Below, piece after piece: positions 1-12,438 of a DNA stretch of 64,000 bases. The position numbers and the translations under genes are program-made. The notes beneath the pieces are model-generated. The model did not search any database, was not told the origin of the DNA, and saw only the letters and a list, made by a program, of their open reading frames with translations. Location of the stretch: the NCBI GenBank assembly GCA_002269645.1, contig NIVC01003405.1, positions 35,446 through 99,445 of the forward strand. The letters run 5' to 3'. Numbering within the stretch: the first letter of the stretch is position 1; every line of letters starts with the position of its first letter. This DNA is from Macrostomum lignano. Lineage: Eukaryota.

Positions 1-1148
1 TCGTCATATTTGAGATCGTCATCTGCGGCTTACGAGAAAAACAACTAAATTATCTAAATCGTCATCATCTCAGTATTGGACAATGCTGCATTCACTAAAT
101 CGTCATATTGTGTTGCATTGGCTACGCAAGGATCTTAGCTCATGGCGGCAGCGTGTTCTTGTTTGCCAACAAATTAAAACAATTTACAGTGTATTCTCTG
201 TAGTCATGTGTGGCAGTCGGGTGCCACTTAATTGATATTTGAACATACCATTCATTACTTTAATAACTCATTTAAAAGGAAAACTGCTACAAATGTTTAA
301 TTTTTGTCCACTCATTGTTCAATTTTTGTCACATTTCCATTGACTGGAGGTTCCAGAAATTGTTCTGTTCTTCCTTTGGTTGGAAAAGTAGTTTCCCCCC
401 GCTGGAATCTTGGTCAAAACTTTTGTTTTAATTTTGTTGCTTGCATGTTTGTGAGCCGTTCTATCGGTAGTCTCCACGCATGGGATTTTTGGTCCAGTAG
501 TGTGTCTAGCGGCACCCCCACCCGTTGATTGTAACCTCCTTTTTTAATATTTATACTGCCTTGATGTGCCGCCTAATTTTCAACCCCATTTTCCTTTTTC
601 TTTTTCTTGTCTTTTTCCTTTTGCGTTCGAATAGTTCAAATTTATTTATTAGTTTTGCGCACTTTAGACTTAGTTTCATTTTATAGTTTTATTAGATTTA
701 TTAGACTTGAGAACCTGGCTGTCGGAGCAAGCAAGAGAAAATTATGGGTGCATCTGCAAGGGATTTTTGCCAGAAGGTAGGAAAATCCTAAATTCATACA
801 CCCTTGCCTTTGGTCAAAGTCGTCATATTTAAATGTTTAAGTCTTCGAGTCTTCGAGTCTTGTTCAAGTCGTCATCATCATATGACGATTTTAAATATGA
901 CGATTTTGGCTGCACCCGAATATATAGGCTATTATAAACTAATTACTTTAAAAGCAACTCTTATAGTCATAGCATAGATAGCAAATTCCAGAACTGATAG
1001 TGCTTCCATGTATTTTCCTTCTCCAACAAGTAGCAATACTAGCAATATAATAGTAATAGGAAAGTAAAAAATCTTAATTTTTATTCAAGTAGTCAGTAGA
1101 TATATTCATTTGTAGAAAATCTATACAGGCCCTAGCCCCACCCTCCAT

Positions 1149-1440
1149 GGCAATGGCTAGAGTTCTGGCACCAGAACCTATTTTTAACAGCTATGGATCC
1201 AGCAGTGGTATTTAAATAGTGTAATTTATGGGTATAATATAGCAGAAACATTTTACTTTTTAATGGGTGGTTGATATTGAGATTTTGTTCAAGATAAGAT
1301 CAAAATGAAACAATGAGATTCAAATCAAGATGCTTCTAATGTTCAAGAGTTAATTAGTAAATAACTGCCTGCAGAAGACTGCCGGATCCATAGCCATTAG
1401 AAAATGGGTTCCGGTGCTTGCTGGAACCCTAGCCATTACC
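1149..1440. repeat. Imperfect ~60-bp inverted repeat pair (MITE-like, ~290 bp)
   Basis: 1149-1206 (ggcaatggctagagttctggcaccagaacc...ggatccagcagt) is the reverse complement, with mismatches, of 1378-1440 (actgccggatcc...ggaaccctagccattacc). No TSD identified. Confidence 0.6.
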
Positions 1441-3169
1441 AACCTCCACTATTGAATAGACAATTTACTGTATAAGAAATAGGCCTATAAATTAGTATAG
1501 GATTAGTTATTAGGATAGCTTATTATATTAGTACTAGGCCTATTAAGTCTAACTTTAAGCTCAATTTCTGTTGAGTATGGTCTGGATTTCCTGAATGCCC
1601 TGAAGCCATTCAGGGCTAGGCCTATCTAAACTCGATGGTGTTTTTATGCAATTTTATAAAAAATATAAACATGGTATCCCTGAATGGCTAGGCCTATCAA
1701 AACTCGATGGTGTTTTTATACAATTTTATAAAAAATACTTTCAAAGCTACATATGTAGAAGTTGTACTATATATAAGGTGAACGTCCGTGGAGTCAGAAC
1801 AAGGTACTTATGTTATACCTTGTTATAGGTTACAAAGTTCGATTTTTCTAGGGAAGTTTTCTAGAAAAGTCTGCAATAAAACCAAAATCGCAAATGTATC
1901 TTTCAATTGGATTTTAAAACAAATTTTTTTTATCGCATTGAGCTATTGAAAAATATATACTTGCATGTCAAACTGGTTATCTTTGTTTTAAATACCGACA
2001 CTTTCAATTGTGAAAACTCAGTATGCTAGATCTCTAGCATAAGTTATTTGCGCTGAATAAGTTATCCCCGTTTATATGTTATTTCTGAGGCCACGAAGGC
2101 TGCGGATTCGTTGCGGATTTGATTTACAGGGACAATAATGCTGAGTCCAAGATGGAATCATCTTGATGTAGAGGGATACATACCGTAAAGCCCTACTTAA
2201 AGTACTCGAATAATTCTAGAATGGCCGGGTCTTATCTATTTTTAGGAATCATGCGCAAACAGAGTGATTCAGAACATTTGTTTGATTAAGGAACCGGTTT
2301 TCAACCAGCTGTATTTACTTAAACCCCATGTAAGTGCTCACATACATGACAGCCTAATCAAACATAAATGACCTAATTGTAAATATCCGATCCCAAACTG
2401 TTTTGCCCCAAAATTTTGCTATAAGAATAAGTGAAAATCCGAGTAAAAATTCAGACTCAGAGCGGTCTCTAAGAATTGACTCTGAAGGAACAAAGAAGAC
2501 TAATCGCTGAGGGACCACACTGTCCAATTTTTGGTAAGTGCATGTTTACCGGATTCAGTTCTTTGATTGTTAGTGTTAATAAGATGATTAATTGAGTATA
2601 CGAGAGCCGTTTATTGTCGACACATTTGAGAAAGGCCTCCTATTTCCTTGGGTCCTAGAGGATTTAATGATTTGATTTGAGTTATCCGTTACATTTCGGA
2701 CGCAGCGAAGAAAACGCCCTTCAGGAGGACAAATATAGGTCCTATTACAGATATTTAGAGAATTACAATTGTGGGCGCACGTTCTATTGTTAATTCCGAG
2801 CTCGAGGACCGTCAAGTTCTGATTCGCTCTCGCTTTTGGTCGACCCATGCACAGATAAAGTCAACGACTCACAGAGGCAACACCTCACCGCCGCCGAAAC
2901 AAGAAGTCAAGAGCTAGCTACTAAGGATCCACTACAGTAAGAGATGTTTTGATTTTGCACATACCTATAGGGCACTTGTTCCCCAGTGTCTAGGAAGTGG
3001 GAGTTTTTGAGTGACTGCTGATCACCACTCTTAAACTCTTCATTGAAGATGAATGCTGGGTTTGGTTTAATAGACATTCAGCTAGGTCTACTAACCGAGG
3101 TATAGAAAATGCACGATGGATGTATATATCAGCCTGATATTCATTGCACTTATAAGCCCTTTAATAGTC

Positions 3170-3450
3170 AGCTGTTACAATCGGTCTGGATATCCTGGTA
3201 TTTTCAGAATGAATCTAAACATCAATATCGAAGGTTGTGAAGGCGTTTTATACAGAAGGTCATATTCGCTGCATTGTTTGTCTCTGTGTCGCAATTATAT
3301 GTCACGTCTTCCAAAAGAATTTCCACGATGCACTGTTTCTGACCGTTAATCGCCAGTGGAAGCCCGACAGTCGGTCAAAGTGGTACATACGCACACCGAT
3401 GGTCAGACACAGGTTGGGTGAAGCAGGTGGCCCCGGATGATGAATCACGA
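3170..3450 (+). mobile_element. Possible highly decayed Ty3/Gypsy integrase zinc-finger remnant
   Basis: Broken frames give SGYPGIFRM, HIRCIVC and WKPDSRSKW, loosely resembling the HxGHPGIxRM...CxxC...WxxPxxPW pattern of Gypsy integrases. Frameshifted and weak. Confidence 0.25.
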
Positions 3451-4745
3451 ATCACTCCAACCTGCAGAGGATATTGCTCGTGTCAGCCGGACACCATCAC
3501 TGCTCTAGAACGATACGAGTAGCTCGTATATAGCGCTGTCGCTTTCCCAGCAGAAGCGTCACAGCACCATTGTCTCCGGATGTGTCTCGAAAGTCGAGTC
3601 CACTTCCATCTGCCTGACCTCGCTGGCTCGGCCTCATCCGAAGCCGTTGTTCCAAACGTTGCTGTCAAGGGAGTAAAATCTGAGATGGAATCAGGTTTCA
3701 GTTCATAGCTGCATGTGGTATGTCTGTTGTTTTGTGGCAACTATAAGAGAGCTGCTATATATGCTCATAACAGTAGGCGGATTGAAATCTGCATGTCTTA
3801 TTTAGCCAGAAAAATTTTTTTATCTTAGCGGCTAGATTGAGACTGAAATAATGAAATGTCCACAATATAGCTGGCTGTGTGTGTAAAACTCTCATCAGCA
3901 TCCATTTGCAATTATCGATATTCCACAGGGCGCGCATCTGCGCGGAGCGGAAACAGCAGCCAGAGCTCGCATTTGCTCCGATAAGACGGACAGATCGAAG
4001 ACAGCACGCGGCAAATTTGCTCAGCAAATGCAGCCGGGACTCTTCATCAGAATTACGAGCTATGTAATCCCCGCAGAGTTGCCCCCCCCCTCCCCGCGGT
4101 CGTCCCCGATGAACCCCGCGACTTTGCGCCAAGCAGATTCTGGTTTGCATTTGTACTTTTAGCAGCCGTTTCCTGCAGTTCTTCTTCTGCAAGCTTTCTC
4201 TAAGCTTCATCTAGCTCGTAAGGCATTCGAACTGGAGTCCAACGCGATGTCCTAAACAATGCCTCGGTGTTTATGCCTAGAGTATCTCCTGGTTAAATTG
4301 TAATTATTCTAATGTAATTCATTGTGCCTGTTCGCATTGTTTACCAATTTGACGATCATTGTTCGCACATTTTATGCAGAACAATGTCACCAGTGTTCCC
4401 AGGCTAGTGGCGAACATTAAGCCACAATACATTGTTTAGCAATTTGACGATCATTATTCACATTTTTAGAGCAGAACAATCCATTACTACAAACAATGCA
4501 TTGTCTGTAGGATCGTCAAACAGAAAAACAATGCAAAGAATCAACGGTCACAGCACGTGACAACGAATTGTCTTTGGCGTTCGCCAGACGATTCGTTGTC
4601 ACGTACTGAGACCGCTGATTACGAGCGTATTTATCCATTGTCTATTCCCTAGTGTTAAAAACTTGAGTAGATTATCAGTAGCTTATCTCCGCTGCCATAG
4701 ACAACGGAATTCTTTATTTGGTATCAGTGCATTATAAAAACTATA

Positions 4746-5700
4746 TATAGCATTTTGCGTTGCACTTAAGCTTACAGGCAAATTACTTAATCCTAAGTGG
4801 CAGAATTACACTGGCAAGGGCAGCTGCCGATCGATTCTATGGTCTCAACTGGTGGCTAGTGGGCAATTTACTTTAGCCTTGGGGCACAGACTTAATCCAT
4901 TCATGCTCTATCGCAGTTTGAAAAGCTTTCAATCGGCCGCCCAGTGGGTGGTGTTGTGGCAAGGGTATAATTTTAATCGGTCAATACGAGCAACATATGA
5001 GCAAATGAGCAAAGTATGAGCAAATGAGGGAACATAGGCAGGTGCTTGGTTGGCCATAACAGAGTGGGAAAATAACAACAGCAGCTGCAACACAGTTCTG
5101 GCAATGAGCCAAAATGAGCAAAACATGGACATGAGCAAAACGTTTTTCAGCAGGTTTTTCATCTGAGCTAGGGTTAGAAGCGGGTTAGCGTTGATTTTGT
5201 CAACGAGGTGCTGCACATGGGCAACTGCAAGTTTTGGTACTCGGCCGACGCCTTGGCCTTGGGGGAATCGATGACGGCGTCCAGTAACTTCGTATCGCCT
5301 TCGGGTTGACAAAACAGTCTTAATGTTGACCTGGAACCATCGCGCAACGTCGACCGGCCGCTCACCCCTGTCCAGGGCGTCGATGACGAGGCTGTGCTTT
5401 TCATCGCTCATCCTTGACCACGGTCTACGTTGTTGTCCGCCACCAATTCCATCTGGTACAGTTTCATAGCTAGCGTTGCTGGCCTCATCTTCCGAGCTCA
5501 TGTTGCTGCGAGCCTTAGCTTCTAGTTCGCTTTGATAGAGCATGAATGGATTAAGTCAGTGCCCCAAGGCTTAAGTAACTTGCCCGCCAGCCAACGGCTT
5601 GGGCCATTGACTTGATCGGCAGCTGCCCTCGCCAGTGTAATCCTGCCACTTAGGATCAGGTGATTTGCTCGTAAGCTTAAGTGCAACGCAAAATGCTATA
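4746..5700 (-). mobile_element. Tc1/mariner-IS630-like non-autonomous DNA transposon (internal deletion derivative)
   Basis: ~165-bp imperfect TIRs at 4746-4912 and 5534-5700, both ending in TA (left copy sits in a TATATA run). Encloses ORF 5543-4929 whose first ~135 aa resemble a paired-type HTH transposase N-terminus (RGERPVDVARWFQVNIKTV...GRVPKL...NPLLTLAQMK). No DDE domain. Confidence 0.8.
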
Positions 5701-6444
5701 TTTAGTTCGAGTTTATCGAAAAAATTAATCTCAGCTCCCTGTATAGATCTATCGCGGCTCACAGGCCCTGAATTACCTTAGAATAATTACAATGAAATGA
5801 GAAGATTCTCATAGGCATAAACTCCGATGCATTGTTTAAGTCTAAGAAATCTATGAACTCCAATTCGAAAGTCTTGGATGCAGCTTTCTGATTAAGACGA
5901 AACATTTAAGGTGACAGGAATTAAAATTAATGTTTCCCTGATAAATGTAAATGTACTAATAGCTAGCGGTCTGTGCGATATACTGCATATGCGAGAGCTG
6001 TGTCATGTGACTACTTCCGAGTATAAATGTATGATCGGTGAATCTTTGACTTTCTGGAACTCAATCGCGGACACGATCGAGACTGTCATATTGCATTTTT
6101 TATTCGTTATCTCGTCTGGCGATCGTATTTTATGAGTAGAAAATTTAATTAAGAGCTTGCACTACACGTACGCTTGTCTGCCCACACTGATTAAGCCTGT
6201 TTTGTGCATGCATTAATTGCCGACTGCGGCGGCTCTATTCGTGTTGGCCAATTCAATCCTTTGGAGCAAAGCTCGCAATCTAAAAGGATATGCAAAATCT
6301 AAGCTTGTTTTATCCTAATCCCGTCAATATAGCGAATGTCCCATGGCCTTATTGAAGCTTTTGACGCTTTTGAGCAGTGATTTAAGTGCTATAGGGGCTG
6401 TGACATCGGTGCTTGAGCAGTGACTTAGGTGCTATAGGGGCTGT

Positions 6445-6668
6445 GATTTGGGTGCTAGTGGGTAGCGATTTGGGTGCTAGTGGGTAGCGATTTGGGTGCT
6501 AGTGAGTAGCGATTTGGGTGCTAGTGGGTAGCGATTTGGGTGCTAGTGGGTAGCGATTTGGGTGCTAGTGAGTAGCGATTTGGGTGCTAGTGGGTAGCGA
6601 TTTGGGTGCTAGTGAGTAGCGATTTGGGTGCTAGTGAGTAGCGATTTGGGTGCTAGTGGGTAGTGATT
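6445..6668. repeat. 22-bp minisatellite (gatttgggtgctagtgggtagc), ~10 copies
   Basis: Direct tandem copies with a g/a variant, read from the sequence. Confidence 0.95.
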
Positions 6669-7388
6669 TTTGTGCCACTGAGTATTTCAGGAATATTGAA
6701 GCTGGAGTTCATCCCCTGCTCGCCTTCCAATAAGTTAGTAAACGGATTGATTTATTTTAGTCAATCAATCAATCAAACCAGTAAATTGAATTTTCTTTAG
6801 TCTACTCTTTTATCAAGTACATTCCGCACGTTGTTATAAAATTGAGAAAATGAAGTCCTGGCACTGTTTCATTCCGGATTCCTCATCTGACGGGGTGTAG
6901 TTGGCAGCAAGGGAATGCCTTGACCTAACGGCATGCTTCCTCAGTGGAGTCAAAAATAGACATCTTTTGAAGCCTAATATTCAGGCCCCCGAGAGAGAGG
7001 CTGTTCTGTCAGTGTTGCCGAGTTCTTCTCTTTTCGCATTCAAAGCGAGGTGATGAGGAGGAGATGAAATATGCGGGTCTGTTTCCAGGCGCGGCAGATC
7101 CGAGAAGACTGGAGCACCTGCAGAGATGAGGGAGCAGGATACTGACTATCCGACACTCTTCGCCATCTCCCAATCAGGCGCGCTTCCTCACGCACTCTGC
7201 CATCTACCTGTAGCCATATGCCTACTGATTCAGGCGGATGCTACGATACTCGTACAGGCTAAGTGTTAAAAATAGTAATACAACCGAAATAATGTCCTTT
7301 AGGTTAGGCTTACAGATGCTTTCAGGCTTGGCTAGTGGTACAGTTCATGATGAAATGAAGCAAATTAGTGGAAGTGTAGCTCGACTAA

Positions 7389-7598
7389 CAAACAGTAGGA
7401 AAATAAACGTCAACAAAAACATAAAATAAAATTTTCTTTCTAGCCAACGCATTTCGTTTGTTTTGGTTAAATATATTGGTGTTGTGAATTAAGGTTAATT
7501 GAATTTGCCCGGACGACGTCTCGTGTTTGACGAAACGCGTTGGCTAGAAAGAAAATTTTATTTTATGTTTTTGTAGACGTTTATTTTCCTACTATTTG
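7389..7598. repeat. Foldback/MITE-like inverted repeat, ~69-bp arms
   Basis: 7389-7457 (caaacagtaggaaaataaacgtc...ccaacgcatttcgt) is the reverse complement of 7530-7598 with few mismatches. Confidence 0.8.
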
Positions 7599-7910
7599 AA
7601 GCAAATTAGGGTAAGAGCTGATCCGCAACCAGCGCAAGGAGGCCAGTGGTTTTGCTCATTCACGAACAGCTGAAGTAGAAGGCTGCTGCACTCGCAAGTT
7701 GTGCTAATAAACGAATTGGCTGAATGAGCTCTGGCTAGAATTAAATATAGTTTTGGCTCTGTCTCACCTTAGTTTCAAATAAAGCAGACATGCGAGACTT
7801 AGCCAACTCGTAATTGAGAATCCCACTTTCTGAAGTCCATCAGCAGAGATATGAATTTTGTGTCGAAAAATTAAAGCTTCCATCTCGCTATTAGGCGTCT
7901 ATAGCAATGA

Positions 7911-8144
7911 GCCAGCGGTCCAGGCTTGATTCCTAATTTGGGGCTATATTCGAATCTCGGCTTGGTTCTGCTCGTGCAATTAACGACCTTGAGGTGAGGA
8001 CCAACCCCCAAGGTACAGTGAAGGGTCGCTGTACACTCCTGTGTGTGTGCCTGAGCTGTGCATATGACTGCGTACGCATCCGCGCGCTTGTGTTCCTGCT
8101 CAGGGAGTCGGCGGAATGGGTAGTAATACCTCTCGCCGGTTGTG
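7911..8144 (+). mobile_element. Truncated copy of SINE family A
   Basis: Aligns by eye to the reverse complement of ~59120-59375 (B-box ggcttgattcc; ...ctgctcgtgcaattaacg...; ggagtcggcggaatggg...ctctcgccggttgtg), with small indels. Confidence 0.8.
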
Positions 8145-11100
8145 GCGCGGCCTGCACAGAGTGAAATTAGCAAGAATTGCGAGTGCTGCGTCTTTCTTTT
8201 TGGCGTTCAAAAACATTTCGCATTAACGCAACAGTGTGCCAATTTTGCCGACTCCCGGGCGCGCACAGGGATGCTCTGAAGCACCGACAATTTCTTGTTC
8301 TTAAAAATTCCAATCCAGCTCAAACATGCACAGCCAAGGGATTCGATGAAAAATTCATCCACTAAAATTCGTAGAATTTCCCTGTGGATTACGTTTAACT
8401 TTATTGCATTGTCGTTGGGCGAGAAAGCCTATGATCCTGTATGGCAGTTGCTGATTACTGCTCAATTTTGGCCAAGACTCTTCACCCCCTGCAGACCCGT
8501 GCAACACCCGGACGTTTCGTCAACGTACCGGGTATCGGTCGAAGTTTCTGGAAAAAGAAGGTTGTTTTTACGTTACGCCAACGTTTGACGTAACATTATT
8601 CAATGTAAAATTAATGACAAACTTTCCTCTCTAGACCAGGAAAGCGACGTGCAATTGCTGTGAATGACTAATGAAATCGCTATTCAGCTCGACGACTGAT
8701 TTTGTTGGCGTGAATTTTTCAGCCAGATTTTTAGCTCCTCACGCACTGCTCCTATTGTAATCTGGCAGCCAAGTGTGAAATATTCCTGCTGGTGACATAC
8801 CTGAGAAGCTAATTAGATACGCTCTGGTAGGCGCAACAAGATGGAATTATTGCCGCGGGTCGAGCGGTCTCAGATTTGCCCAGAAAATGGGATATTTTGT
8901 GCAGTTAGCTGTTCCTCACGTCGACTCCTTCAAGCTTTCCTGCGCTTTTTTCTGTGAAGAAAGAATTCCTGCGCCGCCCGCTCCATCAGGCATTAACTCG
9001 ACTTGAGTGAGCTGACCGAGAATGAGTGAGCCGGAGCGACACATAGCGTACTTTAAAAAAACCCTCGGCACAGTGCGCACTCGCCACAACACCACCCCCC
9101 CCCCCTACATGGGATTCATGGGATTCCGGATCGCATGTCAAAAGTTCAAAAGTTCAATCAAGTTCAGTTCTTGATTCATAATTCAATTCGGGTACCGCTT
9201 TGGCGGCCGACGATGGGTTCAGCGCTCTCCCCGGCCGCGGTTCGGTCAGGACCATGGCAACAGTTTTGTCATGGACAAACGAATCCAGTCTAGAAAATCT
9301 AAAGAGATGGGAGCAACTATAAACTTTACTGGATTGCCAGTCTGCGTTAGCAATTTAGCCTATGAGTTTGTAGCGTCTTTCTCAAAATTCTCAAATTCTC
9401 AAAGAACGGATAGCAGAATGAACTGAGGGGATGTAGGTGTAGCCTATAGGCATGAGAATTCACGCAATCTGCTCTCGTCATTTCAGGGCGTCACTCACTG
9501 TGAGTGCTGGCTGTCTTAAAGCTACAACTATCGGCTTACTTCCGACATTGCATGCTTCTCTCTCCAAAAGTTTTAAAGCTTTTGCTTTTTTGTTTTAAGA
9601 GTTATGAGCTTTAGTACGAGTAAAGAGAAGAAAGTGTCATAAAAAATGAGATTTGACAGACACAAAGAAAGCAAGAGTTCGATTTTCAAATAATGACTAT
9701 ACGCGGATGCATGCTGCTGCCACTCTTTGTGGAAGAAGAAGCATCAGCATTGTGCTCGCGAGAGCTTCTCATCCCTGTTAGATGGCGAACTGAGTTGATT
9801 CACTGTGACAGTCGCGCTGGAATGTATATGGTTGTTAGTTGTCAAGGGCGCTTCAGGCGAGTCCCAATGACCATTCCTCTGACCCTGAGAGCACGCACGA
9901 ATCCCTGCTCATACTGGGTGTACAGCGGCCCCGACTTTGTCATTGTAAGGCCTTGCGAATTGGAGCTCATGACATGGACAACTGAAGTAAAAGGACACTA
10001 TACTCTCAATTTTCTTAGAAACGAGCTCAAGGAACGTATTTTCGTAGCTTCCACTTACTTCCAGGGGTCCTTGGCTCAGAAAGCATAGTGCTGAGAGTGG
10101 GGTTCTGCCAGGTGGACAAATTTGGGTCGTGAAAAATTGGAGTTCTCGGGGAAAACAGTTCAGAATTAAATCCATTTACAACTGCTAGCTGACTCATTCA
10201 AACCTGTAGCTCAGCTCTTTGTGCAGTCAGTGAGGATATTCCGAATCTCCGACAGGGATGCAGGTGCAACGGGGACCAAAACTCCAGAGTACGAAGGTAT
10301 AATTAATCAGCCGCGCTCTCTAAAGGAAAAAGTTCTGAGTATAGCGCAAAAACTCAATACTTTTCTCTCTTCCTGCCCCTGTCCGAAAATAATTGATTGC
10401 AGGTTAGAGATGGATGAAAATCTGACGAAGTCGAGCTCTCCTGGGTCGACAACCCTAATGAAACCTCATTACTCAGCTAAACCTCATTAAAACACATACA
10501 CTAAAATAATTTACATGCTAAAGAGAGGCATTGATGCCGAAGCTCAAAGGGGATGCTGATATCTTAAGCTAAATAGCTGGTTTTCAGGGCTAATACTTTT
10601 TGCTTTAAACATCATTTTCTTTAAGAAATTAACATTTTCTTTGTTGCCTCCCAAACGGGGGAGGGCGCAGATTTCCTAGCTCAGTTCTGAAAACAGGAAA
10701 CCTTTGCCTCCACCGAAATCTGCTCGATTTTCCGAGTGCAAGCGTCTTTCTACTTTGGCTGTCCATGGCATGCAATAAGTACACATCTGATTTGCACTCT
10801 TGCCCAAGCATGTTTTGGAGAGATCCTTGGAACTGGCCAAATGATCAACTTTCTTGTAGCTTACAGCATTCAATTTAGACACAAAAATATATAGTGCATA
10901 TATTTTAACTTGAGTTTGTATTTCTTTACTGATTTTGATCGCAGAGTACCATTTACATGCATCAAATAAAATCATCTAATTGTCCTCTCGTTCTCAGCTT
11001 ACTAAAAAAAGACGCGCGGAATTGATCCGCAGTGAGAAGAGATGAAATTTTCAAATCAATAACAAAGCTCACCTAATTGAATAAAATCCACAAGATTAGA

Positions 11101-11787
11101 TGGACACACAGTAATGCAGATGCGGATAGATAATTTGATTTTAGCTTGGACATGGCGCAAGACGTGTGCGAATAATAATCAACCCAATCTTTAGCTGGGG
11201 CAGCAGCAGCCGCAGCAGCAACCTCCATCCGATCTGCCTCCGGGGGGTTGGGGGGCGTCCCAGCTTTATGTGACAGGAAATAATATAAGAAACAATCAGG
11301 AAAACTCGGCATCTTAGTTTTCAGTTACAAGAGTTCTGTTGTCTGCACATGTCGAATGAATTGAACCCGCACAAAACCACGAATTAGATTCATGGGTGAT
11401 TGGTTAGATAGTTCTATATGTTCACAATCCAATAAAACTGGGAAAAACTGCACACAGAGGCAAAAATATGATTCAAAAATACTTTTCTGGGTTGTTAGAT
11501 ACAGATATACAGATCTTTGCGTTAGCTAATAAAAGTGATGTTAAAATACTTGGTTTTCGATTCGCTCAGAGTGCGATGAGGCAAATTACAACAGAAAGCC
11601 AGAAGCGTACACGTGAAACATTTGCCTTTCGTTGTTATAAATGGTGACAAAATGGATGCAAGTGAGTGAAAAAAGTAAAAAGAAACAAAAAATTCTCTGA
11701 CTTTCACGATTTAACTCTAAAGTTTAATTTTGACCCTCAAAATTACTTGAAACAAAGAAGTAAAGCCGAATTGTGAAGTCCTCGAAA

Positions 11788-12438
11788 CTAGCTGGCGGTC
11801 CTCACCGGGTCCTCATCGGAGTCCGGCTGCTCAGTCACAACCACCACTGGGCTAGGAGTTGCCTCGGCCTGCGCTTCGGCTTCCTGCTGCTGATCTTCGG
11901 CTTCCTCCTGCAGCTCCTCGGCGACCGAACCGCTTGCCAGGAGTTGCACCGCCGCTTGGTACTGATGGCAGTGCAGCTTCCGCTTCATGAGGAACTCGCG
12001 CCGGTGTCGCCGCTCTTCTTCCGTGAGGCCGACCTCCTCCGCGTCCGCGTCGTGATGCGGGTCGTCGGTCGGTGGCAGATGCTCATTTAGAAGCAAAAAC
12101 TGCTCGCTGACGCTGTCGCCGACGTCTTCGTCATCAGTAGCGGCTGCCTTGACGCCCACGGGGGCAGCTGGAACAGCAGCTATGATGGCCACCTCGCTAA
12201 AGCTAGTTCGCCTGCGCTGAGCATCGGCGGGTGCCCGCAGACATTGACTCTTAGAGAATGCTGGAACGGCATCTGCACTGGCGCCGGCATTTTCGTCACC
12301 TTGATCAGTAGTAGGCGGCAGTCTTATAGCTGGTTGATTGCTGATGCCTTCTGGTGCCGAAACTGTACATGGTTCAAAACTTCCACGATGCTTAAGAATT
12401 CCTTTTGTCTTTTTCTGTTTTTCTGGGTTGCAGGACAT
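11788..12438 (-). CDS. Divergent protein phosphatase 1 inhibitor-2 (PPP1R2/IPP-2)-like protein, intronless CDS, ~216 aa from MSCNPEK
   Basis: KGILK (SILK-type) motif near the N-terminus. LTEEERRHRREFLMKRKLH matches I-2 LSPEEREKKRQFEMKRKLHYNE. Acidic C-tail. The frame stays open upstream to a 3' acceptor at 12517-12518. Confidence 0.75.
   Translation of the reverse strand: MSCNPEKQKKTKGILKHRGSFEPCTVSAPEGISNQPAIRLPPTTDQGDENAGASADAVPAFSKSQCLRAPADAQRRRTSFSEVAIIAAVPAAPVGVKAAATDDEDVGDSVSEQFLLLNEHLPPTDDPHHDADAEEVGLTEEERRHRREFLMKRKLHCHQYQAAVQLLASGSVAEELQEEAEDQQQEAEAQAEATPSPVVVVTEQPDSDEDPVRTAS

Noticed and set aside
9693-10975. ORFs of 60-131 aa on both strands
   Set aside because: No recognisable domain, no consistent splice chain, and overlapping frames of similar weak quality.
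11073-11312. ORF with a poly-Ala tract ([13 protein letters not shown])
   Set aside because: Could be an isolated exon, but I could not link it to any other exon or family.
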